From NCBI GenBank assembly GCA_030264375.1, contig JASCQW010000132.1, forward strand, positions 67,393,552 through 67,457,551: 64,000 nucleotides of DNA, read 5' to 3'. Origin of the DNA: Carcharhinus longimanus (lineage: Eukaryota). A model generated the notes under the pieces. That model did no database searches, was not told the DNA's origin, and was given only the letters and a program-made list of their open reading frames with translations. The number at the start of each line of letters is the position of its first letter. The first letter of the stretch is position 1. This document shows positions 1-11,103 of this stretch, piece by piece. The position numbers were made by a program, and so were the translations under genes.

Positions 1-169
1 GTCAGGTGAATGGAGAGTTCTGGCCTCAGACAGAGCTACAAATTAAATCCAGTCATAGTATAGAATTGATTTAATTAAAAAGCTGTATTTTGTTTTCCCA
101 GACCAACTTGTCTCAGCACATTTTGTTGGATACAGACTGGAGAGGAATAATCAAAAGTTCAACAATGTT

Positions 170-330
170 CTGAGATTTGATCGAGGCCCCATCTGCCTGC
201 TTGCATGGATGTAAAAGACCTCATGACACTATTGTGGACGAGAACAGGGGAGTTATTTGCAATGGGCTCTGAAAGGAATCATGGCAAGTGATCAAATGCT
301 GGCTAAAATTTTATCTCAACCAGTAACCAA
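170..330 (+). mobile_element. Deu-domain SINE fragment (SacSINE1/AmnSINE-like)
   Basis: gaggccccatctgcctg...ggatgtaaaagacctcatgacactatt...gaacaggggagtt resembles the Deu core; a longer copy lies at 11870-12225. Confidence 0.5.
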
Positions 331-354
331 GTTGACAATCATCTTCTCTAGGAA

Positions 355-1500
355 GTCCAGTCACCCTTTGAGTGAAGAAATTTCTTCTCATCCTAGTCCT
401 AAATGATGGGTCCCTTATCCAAAAATGTTTTAGGTCCCCCAGTCAGGAAAAATGTTTCAATATCCACCCTATTAAGCCCCTTAGGATAGAGGTGGAGAGA
501 CTCTTCCCGCTCAGAAAGGATAGTAGGACTANNNNNNNNNNNNNNNNNNNNNNNNNNNNNNNNNNNNNNNNNNNNNNNNNNNNNNNNNNNNNNNNNNNNN
601 NNNNNNNNNNNNNNNNNNNNNNNNNNNNNNNNNNNNNNNNNNNNNNNNNNNNNNNNNNNNNNNNNNNNNNNNNNNNNNNNNNNNNNNNNNNNNNNNNNNN
701 NNNNNNNNNNNNNNNNNNNNNNNNNNNNNNNNNNNNNNNNNNNNNNNNNNNNNNNNNNNNNNNNNNNNNNNNNNNNNNNNNNNNNNNNNNNNNNNNNNNN
801 NNNNNNNNNNNNNNNNNNNNNNNNNNNNNNNNNNNNNNNNNNNNNNNNNNNNNNNNNNNNNNNNNNNNNNNNNNNNNNNNNNNNNNNNNNNNNNNNNNNN
901 NNNNNNNNNNNNNNNNNNNNNNNNNNNNNNNNNNNNNNNNNNNNNNNNNNNNNNNNNNNNNNNNNNNNNNNNNNNNNNNNNNNNNNNNNNNNNNNNNNGC
1001 CATGATCTTATTGAATGGCGGGGCAGGCTCGAAGGGCTAGTTGGCCTACTCCTGCTCCTATTTCTTATGTTCTTTGTAATCTTGAATGTTTCAATGTGAT
1101 CAGCTCTCACTCTCTAAACTCCGGAGAATTTAGATCCAATTTACTCCGCATTTAATCAGAGGCCAACCCACTCATCCCTCTAATGAACCTTCACTGTACT
1201 ACCTCCAATGAAAGTATATATTTTCTTAAATATGGAGAGAAAATTGCACACACTATTCCAGGTGTGGTCTCACCAAAGCCCTGTACATTTGTAACATGAC
1301 TACTTTGTTCTTGTACTAAGTAAAGCCCAGCATATCATTTACCTTCCCAACTACTTGCTGTATCCCCATGCTAAATTTTTGTGTTTGTTGTACAAGTTCA
1401 CTGTACAAGTATACCAAAATCTTTCTGAACATCAACATTTACAATTTCACATGCCTTTTAAAACATATTCTGCTCTTCTTAGAATTATAACCTCATGCTT
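355..1500 (-). mobile_element. CR1 LINE 3' ORF2 fragment, interrupted by a younger + strand CR1 3' end (~485-1075, mostly N gap)
   Basis: aattgcacacactattccaggtgtggtctcacc is antisense to the CR1 [11 protein letters not shown] motif; young tail ggcctactcctgctcctatttcttatgtt ends near 1070. Confidence 0.7.
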
Positions 1501-1629
1501 TCCCAGTGGATATTTTGCTATGACATTACAAACTAATTCTGTCACATTACACAATATGAAGGAGGGAATTCTCCAATTTGAGATGAAGTGCAGTGCCAGA
1601 TGAGATTCTGTTTCACAATCTGCACTTGG

Positions 1630-1810
1630 AACCTTAGTTATGCACCTAAGTTTATTTTTCTCTACACCTTAGCTATGACTGTAACACTACATTCTGCACC
1701 ATCTCCTTTCCTTCTCTATGAATGGTATGCTTTTTCTGTATAGCAGGTAAAAGCAATACTTTTCACTGACTACCAATACACGTGACAATAATAAAGCAAA
1801 AAATCAAATG
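1630..1810 (+). mobile_element. 3' tail of a Rex1/Babar-type LINE
   Basis: ctagctatgactgtaacactacattctgcac...gtgacaataataaagcaaaaaatcaaa is homologous to the tail at 15802-15980 (-) and 41105-41270 (+). Confidence 0.7.
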
Positions 1811-1972
1811 CGTTCCCATCTGAGTCTCCTAGTAGACTGGCAGCTAGGTTCCGGTGCCATATTTAAATACTAGCCCAGTACATTCTTATGATTCTCCAAC
1901 CCAGTTGTCTCCAACAGACCATGCAGGATGTTAGCAACTTGAAAGTAAAAGGCTAACAATCTCAATAGGAAG

Positions 1973-3665
1973 GCTGTACCTGCTTTCCGTACCAAGGCCC
2001 TCAGAGCCCTTATTCAGGACGTTTGGGTCCATTGGCATGTGCCCTACCCCAGGGATGGCTCAGAGAAGCAAATGACCCTCACCTCAACAGCCTGGGAGGC
2101 TATTACCAAGGAGGGCAGCATGGCTGCCACCTGCCACAAAGCGCTATCCAGTGCGGGAAGCAGAGGAATGATCGCATCCGCTCCACCAGGGTAAGTCCTC
2201 TCCCAGCTCTCTCCACTACCAAACTCTAAGTTTGGCATCATTAACTCAAACAGCCACTCTCTTCATGGATCTCACCATTCAGCCGTGGGGCACACATATC
2301 AACACTCATTCAACAAAATCTTCACAACACCACCATCCCAAAAGTCTTGTTGCTCACACTCCATTCTCTGTTCCTTCTGGATCACAAACAGGAGACATGC
2401 ATTTCACCCAAACCTCTGCTCCACCATCTTTGAGCAAATCTTATTCTTTTGTCTCCATACAGGCCAGTCTTGCGCACAGCAGGAGAGAATGAGCCTAGAT
2501 TAGGGGACGGACGACAGAGATATTTGTCCTCAGCTAGTTTAATGAGGCTGCTGCAGAATCTACTGGTAAGGACAGAAATCAATCCATTGACAATGCAGAG
2601 CTTTGCCTCTTGCAGTAACCTAATCCAGATCTCAGCCCCATCACTTCACCCAAAACTACAATTCATACTGAGTGTGGTGTACTCTGATTTAGTTTCAACT
2701 CATCCACTGAAACTCTCCATATGTATTTTTCAGGTACCTGAGCCAGCCCAGCAGCTCCCAAGCCCACATAGCATGTCTGAGGATGAGGGGGCTCAGGAAG
2801 ACACATCACATCATTCACCCACGCTCTGCACCAATGCAGAGACCCACACCTCAGTGGGGTGTAATTCAAGGTCAGACATGGGGTCACTTTTGAGGGAATA
2901 CCTCACCTACATGTCCTCACAGCAATCAGCAGCAGGGACAACCCAGGTCTCCAGCACTTGGAGGGCTGCTGAAGACCAGCCACCTGTGAGGCCAGATCAT
3001 GATCCTGAGGAAGTGGCTGTCAGCTCACTGTTGGAGATGCAAAGGGAGGCTTTGGAGTATCAGGCAGAACTTTGAGAATTTCTCAGCAGTCTAGAGTGCA
3101 CGATGAAGGAGTCTGGTATTCTATCTGATGTCGTGGCTCCGACATACAAGTGCCTTGCAACCATCATGGAGACCTTAGTCCAGCAGGTCCTGCTGGATTT
3201 ACACTCAGGCCACACACTCTGATAGGCACCATCAGGATGTAAGCCACATGATATTGAGGCACTTTGACCTTCCTCCAGGTGCTCCACCTCCTGCAGGAGA
3301 CATGCTGGGGCCCTCTGATATCCACAAAGAGGATGTGTTTCTGCAGGTTCAGCCTTCATCACACTCAGAGTGTCCCCTTTTAAGATCAAGCCTCCAGGGG
3401 CCTACACACAGTGCACCTCAAAGGTGTCAGCTATGCCTGTGCCCACTGCAACTCGAGCAGCGCTAGCCACCAACAGTGCTTCTGTCCTTAAGCAGGAGAT
3501 TCTTATGAGACCGAAACTCCTCCAGGCCTTGGGCTATCAGTGGATGTCATCCAAGACCATCACAGGCATCAGGGTGTAGTAGTCAGCAGGTTACCTCCAC
3601 CCCTGCTCTGGATGTCAGGGCTGCACCGAGGTGCAGTGCTAAGGCTAGGAAAGTTAAAAAAGGGT
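1973..3665 (+). pseudogene. Harbinger Myb/SANT-like DNA-binding gene remnant, spliced
   Basis: AVPAFRTKALRALIQDV...YPRDGS...AWEAITKE...(fs)SAIQCGKQRNDRIRSTR then donor gtaag at 2191; next exon after tacag (~2463) reads ASLAHSRRE*A*IRG...; stops and frameshifts throughout. Confidence 0.7.
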
Positions 3666-4369
3666 TGATGTCATCTCAGGGTCATGGGTGCTCTATCATT
3701 GTGAATGAATTGCATTTTTTGAAAACCATTCCATGGATATGTGAACATTATGGTCAGATAAAATAATTTTGGTTTGGATCTTTGCAGTCCTCTTATTCTG
3801 AGGTTCAGCCTTCATCACACTCAGAGTGTCCCCTTTTAAGATCAACAGTCATGTGATGTCAACCCCACTGCAACTTGACACTGGACCTTTGTGTGCTGTC
3901 AGGGAGATGTGTGTAATTCTTTATTCACAGTGTACGAGGGCTGAATTCTTAATCCATAGTCCTCATGAATAGCAATGGCTGAGGAGGGCTCATCAACATA
4001 TGACTCTGTGCATCTGGTTACTAACTGATAGTGCCTCAAAACAAGACGTGTATTTTAGGGTGAGGGTCCTACACTGGCCAGTATTTCCTTTGTGTGAGTG
4101 TTTGTATGCTGAAATGGTTAGGAAGCACCTAGCCTTGACTCACATCACTGAACTTCCTTGCTGGACTTTAAGTTGACAGAGTGAGCACATTATCAGGACA
4201 CTGATGACCTAGCTATGATTTAATCCTTGTGAGTCATGAGCTCTTAAAACCCAAATGTGAATGTAGAACCCACTCTCTCAGATTGTTTGGCTATTCCCTC
4301 AGAAGTCACAAAAGGACTTGGAAGGCTCGAGGAGATGTCTCCTGACAATCAGACTTAGTTATACTCTTT

Positions 4370-4690
4370 GTGAAATTTTTCAGCCTGTAGGATATCACGG
4401 GCACACCTCCCACATCTCCCCTCCTCCATGGCATCAATACGCTCATGTTGCCCCTCACTTTCCCTCTGGGCTTCCTGCACCTCCTCATCTTCATCTTCCA
4501 AAGTGGCCTCCTTCTGGCAAGGCCTAATACCTCTGCAGATTGTGAAGGTCACAGCAAACTGCGATCATGCAGCAAACCCTCTCTGGTCCATGTTGTGGAG
4601 GCCCACCTAAGGGGTCTAAGGCATCTGAATCACATCTTCAGAAGTCCTATGGTCTATGAGGGAGCATGTGGTGGTGTGAGCAGCGTCCTT
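4370..4690 (-). pseudogene. HARBI1-like Harbinger transposase, C-terminal fragment
   Basis: AHTTTCSLI..TIGLLKM*FRCL(fs)DPLGGPPQHGPERVCCMIAVCCDLHNL followed by acidic tail EDEDEE...ARDIL. Confidence 0.8.
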
Positions 4691-4698
4691 GAGAGAAT

Positions 4699-4856
4699 CT
4701 GAAATCGGTTAAATCATGATTAGTAGTTCATCCCATTTAGTTATTCTCAATAATGCATTCAATATGTGGGGCAAAACACTTTTTAATGAGAACTGAGAGA
4801 AAGGGTGTTTTTCTGTAATTAGTGAGCCATTAATAATTTACCGTAATTCATGACCT
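4699..4856. repeat. Left arm of ~157-bp inverted repeat (partner at 5848-6004)
   Basis: ctgaaatcggttaaatcatgatt...taattcatgacct matches the reverse complement of 5848-6004 at roughly 85-90% by eye. Confidence 0.9.
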
Positions 4857-5060
4857 CTAGTTTAAACTCTCACGAGTAGAACTAAACAAACCTCCCTGCA
4901 AGGATATTGGTTCCTCTCCAGTTTTGGTGCAACCTGTCCCTCTTGTACTGGTCACCCCTACCCCAGCAGAGGTCCCAATAATCGAAGATCCTGAAATCTT
5001 GCTTCCTGCACCAGCTTCTTAGCCACATATTCATCTGTCCTATCTTACTACTCCTTTCAC
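4855..5060 (-). mobile_element. CR1 ORF1 (SGNH esterase-like) fragment, near-copy of 9966-10165
   Basis: WLRSWCRKQDFRIFDYWDLCWGRGDQYKRDRLHQNWRGTNILAGRF. Confidence 0.8.
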
Positions 5061-5116
5061 CCAAGTTGTGAGCCAGTCTTTAAGTTGGTAGCCCTTGTCT
5101 CCCTGCAACCATTCCT

Positions 5117-5355
5117 GCAGCTTGGAAAGCCAGAAAAGTAAAAAGAGTTGTTAAGAGTACATCAGCTGGTGAAATATTGGCTCTTGTGGAAGCAGTGGAT
5201 ATGGGATTCTATTTACCAAACATTATAATGGAGATTCTGTAATTGGGCAAATTGAAGATAGTATACCCATTGAATATTATGTAGAAAATTGTTCCTTGTG
5301 GAATAATGTACACTCTGCAAAAGGTAGAGTGTACGTTACACTTATTGACTTAAGG
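5117..5355 (+). mobile_element. Ty1/Copia LTR retrotransposon RNase H fragment
   Basis: AWKARKVKRVVKSTSAGEILALVEAVDMGFYLPNIIMEIL*(fs)IPIEYYVENCSLWNNVHSAK..LIDL matches the Copia RH pattern W..KK..RV..ST..AE..AL...D...I....DN.SL. Confidence 0.8.
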
Positions 5356-5565
5356 GATTTCTGCTATAAATCTGTAATTCAATTACGTGACTGTTACTAA
5401 TTCGCCTGTTTATTTTTTGATAAACAAATTTACTTAATTGTTCTAAATATAATAATTAAGATATGATATTTGATTCAGTTATCAAATACTGAAGTCTTAT
5501 TCAGACATGTGATAAGATCAGTGAGTAAAATTGATTAAGAATTACAGTTTCCTGTTCTGTTATCC

Positions 5566-5670
5566 ACTGACAAAGAGTCATGTAGACTCGAAATGTTAGC
5601 TCTATTCTCTTCCCAGATACGCCATCAGACCTGCTGAGATTTTCCAGCATTTTCTGTTTTTGTTCCTGTT
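5566..5670 (+). mobile_element. Short Penelope-derived repeat with a degenerate hammerhead-like core
   Basis: CTGACAAA-GAGTC-atgta-GACTC-GAAA followed by cagacctgctgagattttccagcattttctg. Confidence 0.65.
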
Positions 5671-5847
5671 TTGTTATCCTGAGCAATATTCCCACACATT
5701 CCCTAAAGTTCAACCGTAAGACAACCCACAATGAACGTGATCTAAAGCCGGAGAACTGAAATAATCTAAAGTAGGAAGGTGAAAATGATCAAAAACCGAA
5801 GTAATATTTTCTCCATAATTAATAAAATTCAGAAAATAAAGAATTCA

Positions 5848-6004
5848 AGGTCATGAATTATTGTAAATTATTAATGGCTCACTAATTACAGAAAAAGATC
5901 CTTTCTCCCAGTTCTCATTAAAAAGAGTGTTTTACCCCAAATATTGAATGCATTATTGAGAATAACAAAATGGAATGATTTAATCATGACTTAACTGATT
6001 TCAG
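5848..6004. repeat. Right arm of ~157-bp inverted repeat (partner at 4699-4856)
   Basis: aggtcatgaatta...ttaactgatttcag. Confidence 0.9.
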
Positions 6005-6244
6005 CCATGGCAAGTGGCCTAACAGTGCATTGCAACCTATTCAATGATCCCTGCTGGAAAGGGAGCATGTCAACTGAAGGCAAAATCTAGCACAGCATAA
6101 CTGCACAGTTGAACAACCACAGCTCTATAATTTTTGGAACACCTGTAACCATGGTGATGCAGCTTGTGTTTTGAAATGCTGCTGGCTTAAGACAATGCTT
6201 TATTCAACGGTGCAATGTATTCTTTCTAACTGGTGAATTGATGT

Positions 6245-9200
6245 TAACAGAACATAGAACAATGCAGCACAGGAACAGGCCTTTCAGCTCACAGAGTTGT
6301 GCCCAACAGGACTCCAAATTAAACTAATCCCGTCTGCTTGCTATTGATCCATATACCTCTAATCCTTGCATACTCGTGTGCTTATCTGAAACTCCCTTAA
6401 ATGACTCTATCATATCTGCTTGCACTATCACCGCTGGCAGTGTGTTACAGACACATACCACTTTCTGTGCAAAAAAAACTTGCTCCTCACATCTTCTTTG
6501 AACTTTCCCCCTCTCACCTATAGTGCATGCCACCTAATATTAGAAATTTTAACTCTGGGAAAAAGATTCTGACTGTCAACCCTATCTATGCCCCTCATAA
6601 TTTTATAAACTTCTAACAGGTCTCCCCTCAGCCTCTGCTGCTCCACAGAAAACAACTTTGTCCAGCTTCTCCTTATAGCTAGAACAAAGAACAAAGAACA
6701 ACCCAGCACGGGAAACAGGCCCTTCGGCCCAACGACCCCGCGCCGCCGCATCCTCCTACACCTACCCTGCCCTGCGTGTATGTGAGTGGAACCCCTAACT
6801 TAGCCAGATTCAGNNNNNNNNNNNNNNNNNNNNNNNNNNNNNNNNNNNNNNNNNNNNNNNNNNNNNNNNNNNNNNNNNNNNNNNNNNNNNNNNNNNNNNN
6901 NNNNNNNNNNNNNCTTCACAGCTCCAGGGACCTGGGTTCAATTCCCTGCTTGGGTCACTGTCTGTGTGGAGTTTGCACATTCTCCTCGTGTCTGCGTGGG
7001 TTTCCTCCGGGTGCTTCGGTTTCTTCCCACAGTCCAAAGATGTGTGGATTAGGTTGATTGGCCATGCTAAATTAACCATAGATACATAGGTTAGAGAGGA
7101 TTAGAGGGTAAAATATGTATGGATTGGGGGTAGGGCCTGGGTGGGATTGTGGTTGGTGCAGACTTGATGGGCCAAAGGGCCTCTTTCTGTACTGTTGAGT
7201 TTCTATGATTTCTATGATGAGTTTATAGCTCATACTCTCTAATCCAAGCAGCATCCTGGTAAAATTCTTCTACATTCTCTCCAAAGCCTCCACATCTTTC
7301 CTGTGATGTGGTGACCAGAATTGCACACAATACTCTAAGTGTGGCCTTTGTTGCATAAAGTTTTATGCAACATGACATCCTGACTCTTGTACTCAATAGA
7401 GGTAAGAATGCCATATGCCTTCTTCACCACCCTATCTACTTGTATGGCCACTTTCAGGGAGCTATGGAATTGAACCCCAAGATGCCTCTGTACATCAATG
7501 CTGTTCAGGATCCCGCCATTAATTGTATACTTACCTTTAACATTTGATCTCCCAAACTGCAGCACCTCACACTTGCCTCGATGAAATTCCATCTGCCATT
7601 TCTCCACCCATATTTATATCCCAGTGTATCCTTTGACAACCTTCCACACGATATAGAACTCTACCTATCTTTGTGCCATCTGCAAACTTTCTAACTCACC
7701 CATCTACGTTTTTATCCAAGTTATTTATATATCAGAAATAGCAGAGGTCCCAGTATGGATCCCGCGGAACACCACTGGTCACAGACCTCCAGCCAGAAAA
7801 ATACCCTTCCACACTACTCTCTGAATTATATGGGCAGGCCAATTCTGAATCCAGGCAGCCAAGTCACCCTGGATCCCATGCACCTTAATCTCCTGATGAG
7901 TCTACCACAAAGGACCTTGTCGAACGCCTTACTAAAATCCACGTAGACAATATCCACTGCTCTATCCTCATTGATCTTGATTGAAAAAAAAAGTCAAATT
8001 AGTAAAATATGACCTGCCCCACACAAAGCCACATTGACTTTCCCTAATTAGGACATAATTTTCCAAAACCGTGTAAAGCCTATCCCGAGGTATATCCTGT
8101 CTAAGTGCAGATGTAACATTCTCCCTGCAGCTCCTCCACCTCTTTTACTTTCCTGTCTATCTTGTCTAAAACATCAAAACCCTGGAACATTCAGCAGCCA
8201 GTCCTGTCCCTCTCTCAACCAAGTTTCTGTAATGACCACAGCATCATAGTCCCATGTACTGATCCAGGTTCTAAGCATATCTAGGCTTAGCCTTACCCAT
8301 AATACTCCTTGTGTTGAAATAAACACACTCCAGATCCTAAGAATCCTCTCCATTAGCTTCCCAACCACCAATGTGAGACTCACCAGTCTATAATTTCCTG
8401 GATTATCTCTTTTTCCTTTCTTGAACAGAGGAACAACATTCACTATTCGCCAGTCCTCCAGGATCTCTCCAGTGGCTAGGGAGGATACAAAGATCTTTAT
8501 CAGGGCCCAGCAATCTCCTCTCTTGCCTCTCTCAATAACCTGAGGTAGATCCCATCAGGCACTGGAGACTTATCCACCTCAATGCTCTTCAAGAAACCCA
8601 ACACCACTTTTTTTTTATCTCAAAATGTTCTAGCATATTAGCATGTTCCACGCTAATCTCACTATCTTCCATGTCCTTCTCCTTAGTGAATACCAATACA
8701 AAGTACTCTTTTAGGATCTCACCCACATCCTCTGCTTCCAAGCACATGTTCCCACCTTTATCCTTAACTGATCTTATCCTCTCCCTAGTTATTCTCTTGT
8801 TTTTAATATATGTATAAGATGCCTTGGGATTCTCTTTAACCCTACTTGGCAAGGTCATTTCTTGGCCCCTCCTTTCTCTCCTAATTCTGTACTTTCTTTA
8901 TTGTCCTGTCAGGTCCTGTCCAATTTTAGCTTCCCAAGCCTTACATATGCTTCTGTTTTCCTTTAACTCAATTCAGAACATTGTGATTCCCTCATTATCC
9001 AAGGTTCCTCTACCTTACCATTTTTGTGCTGCTTTCTTTCTGGAACATACTGACCCTGAACTCTGATCAGTCAGTCTTTAAACAACTCCCACATGTCAAA
9101 TATGGACCTGCCTGATGTCAGCTGCTTCCAATTAATTCTCCCTGGCTCCTGCCTAATTCTGAAATTTTCCCTCCACCAATTTAATACCTTCCCACAACGT

Positions 9201-10367
9201 CCTCACTTATCCTTATTCATAGTTACCTTAAAGTTATTTCCAAAATGGTCTCCCACTGAAAGGTCAATCATCTGGAGAAGATAATACAAGGTCTAGTATA
9301 GCCCCTCCTCTTTTGGACTATCCACGGATTGGTTCAAGAAACCCTCATGTATGCAGCTAATAAATTCTGTCCCATCTAAGCCTCTTCCTCAGTTAGTCCC
9401 AGTCAAATTGGGGAAATTAAAGTCATCCACTGTGACAACCCTGTTGTTATTGCATCTTTCCATAATCTGCCTACATATTTGTCCTAGTGTTCCAATGGCT
9501 GTTGGGGGGTTTATAGTTTAATCCCATCAGAGTGATTACATCCTTCTTAGTTTTGAGCTTTACCTATATTGCCTCAGTGGATGAGCCTTCCAGTATGTCC
9601 TCTCTGACAGATGTGACATTCTCCCTGATGAGTAATGCAACTCCTCCACTTGTCACCTTCCTCTCTATCTCGTCTAAAACATCAAAACCCTGGAACATTG
9701 AGCAGCCAGTCCTGTCTCTCTCTCAACCAAATCTCTGTGATGGCAACAACATCATAGTCCTATGTACTGATCCACGCTTGTGACTTATCTGTCTTATCGA
9801 TAATACTTCTTGCATCAAAATAAACACACTCCAGCCCATTAGTCCCATTGTGTTTATTAACCTGTCCCTACCTGTCCTTTCTTTGAGACTTACTGGTCCT
9901 AACATCTACCTTCCCCTCAATCATAGACTTACTTACCTGCTGCTCTGGTTCCCAGCCCCTTCCACTCTAGTTTAAACTCTCCTGAGTAGAACTAGCGTAC
10001 CTCCCTGCAAGGATGTTGGTTCCTCTCCAGTTTTGGTGCAACTTGCCCCTCTTGTACAGGTCACCCCCTGCCCTAGAAGAGGTCCTTTTGATCCAAGAAC
10101 CTGAAACCTTGCCCCCTGCACCAGCTCCTTAGCCACATATTCATCTGTCCTATCTTACTAGTCCTTGCTTCACTAGCACATGGCACTGTTTGTAATCCTG
10201 AGATCACTACCCTTGTGGTCCTGCTTTTCAGCCTCTTCCCTAACTCCCTATATTCACTTTGCAGGACTTCATCTCTCTATCTATGTCATTGGTACCAATG
10301 TGCACAACGACCTCTGGCTGCTCAGCCTTCCCCTCAAGAATTTCATACAACCGCTCAGAGACATCTG
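6245..10367 (-). mobile_element. Long decayed CR1 LINE (ORF1 esterase part, ORF2 endonuclease/RT, 3' tail)
   Basis: Fragments YDAVVITETWLREGQDWLLNVPGF, KENPKASYTYIKNKR, NVVPLFKKGKRDNPGNYRLVSLT, KWQMEFHRGKCEVLQFGRSN, LRGDLLEVYKIMRGIDRV; tail at ~6250. Confidence 0.9.
6681..7222 (+). mobile_element. Insertion into the CR1: HE1-type tRNA-derived SINE (6914-7217) plus an inverted CR1-like tail, partly gap
   Basis: B-box-like gggttcaattccc, tgtggagtttgcacattctc core, ttctatga tail; 8-bp TSD ttatagct at 6673-6680 and 7223-7230. Confidence 0.8.
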
Positions 10368-11086
10368 AACAATTTAAACACAATCTAATCTAACATTTGA
10401 ATATGTGCTTTGCAACCTTTGCACTAGAGGATACGAACGTTGTGAGCGCAGGAGGTGGTGATGGAGTTGAATGTGAAAGGGAAGGATGGGCATAACAGAA
10501 ATTATTATCACTGACTGCTTGGAAGGATAGTTTTCAGATTCTTGACAGGAAGTAGAAAGCTATGACTTCTCACCTTGTGTTAATAAAACAATAGCCTCAA
10601 AGCTGTGTTATGTGCCAGACAGAAAGGTAAAGGTACTGTCACTGTGGGCCATCCACTGTCCACTTGGAGGTGACACACTGCACCACAGGGAGCAAGTGAA
10701 AGACAGCTGCTAAACTTGCACTAATAATTGGCTCTGTTCCCTGCTTAGAATAGCAATTTTCTTCCAATTTTTCATCAGAAGTAGAATTTTCCTCAAATGT
10801 TGAATGCATTATTGAAAAGAACTATTGAGAATTTTTGAAAATAATTCATGATAAAGGATGAGGTAGGAGAAATACGATGCTGTGTGGACATGTCGCTAAA
10901 TGTGACAAAGCAGAGGGGATTCTGCACACCATGTAGTCACAGTTTATAAACAAATTATATGGTAACACAATGTTTGTGAGTATCAAACAGGCCTCATCTT
11001 AGCCATATTCCTTGCCTGATTGTGCATGTTGGATACCGTCTCCACATTGTACACAATTTTTTTCTCTGGAGCGGCAAGTTTTCAGT

Positions 11087-11103
11087 TGGCCAGCAGGGGG
11101 CAG
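11087..11103 (+). promoter_or_regulatory. Candidate CTCF-binding site
   Basis: tggCCAGCAGGGGGCAG; 11090-11103 fits the core CCASYAGRKGGCRS at every position and lies in apparently non-repeat DNA. Confidence 0.45.

Larger units (their letters stand above)
1830..4698. mobile_element. Decayed PIF/Harbinger DNA transposon with convergent Myb/SANT-like gene (+) and transposase 3' end (-)
   Basis: Two-gene Harbinger architecture; 1860-1970 is homologous to 57800-57910 and 3570-3700 to 47650-47790. Confidence 0.7.

Noticed and set aside
372-1110. Long ORFs of 186-404 aa here and at 31545-32759, 41674-42114 and 48225-49004
   Set aside because: They are mostly X residues from N gaps.
2449-3075. 208-aa ORF as a host gene
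   Set aside because: Chimeric read-through of Harbinger Myb-like exon and intron remnants.
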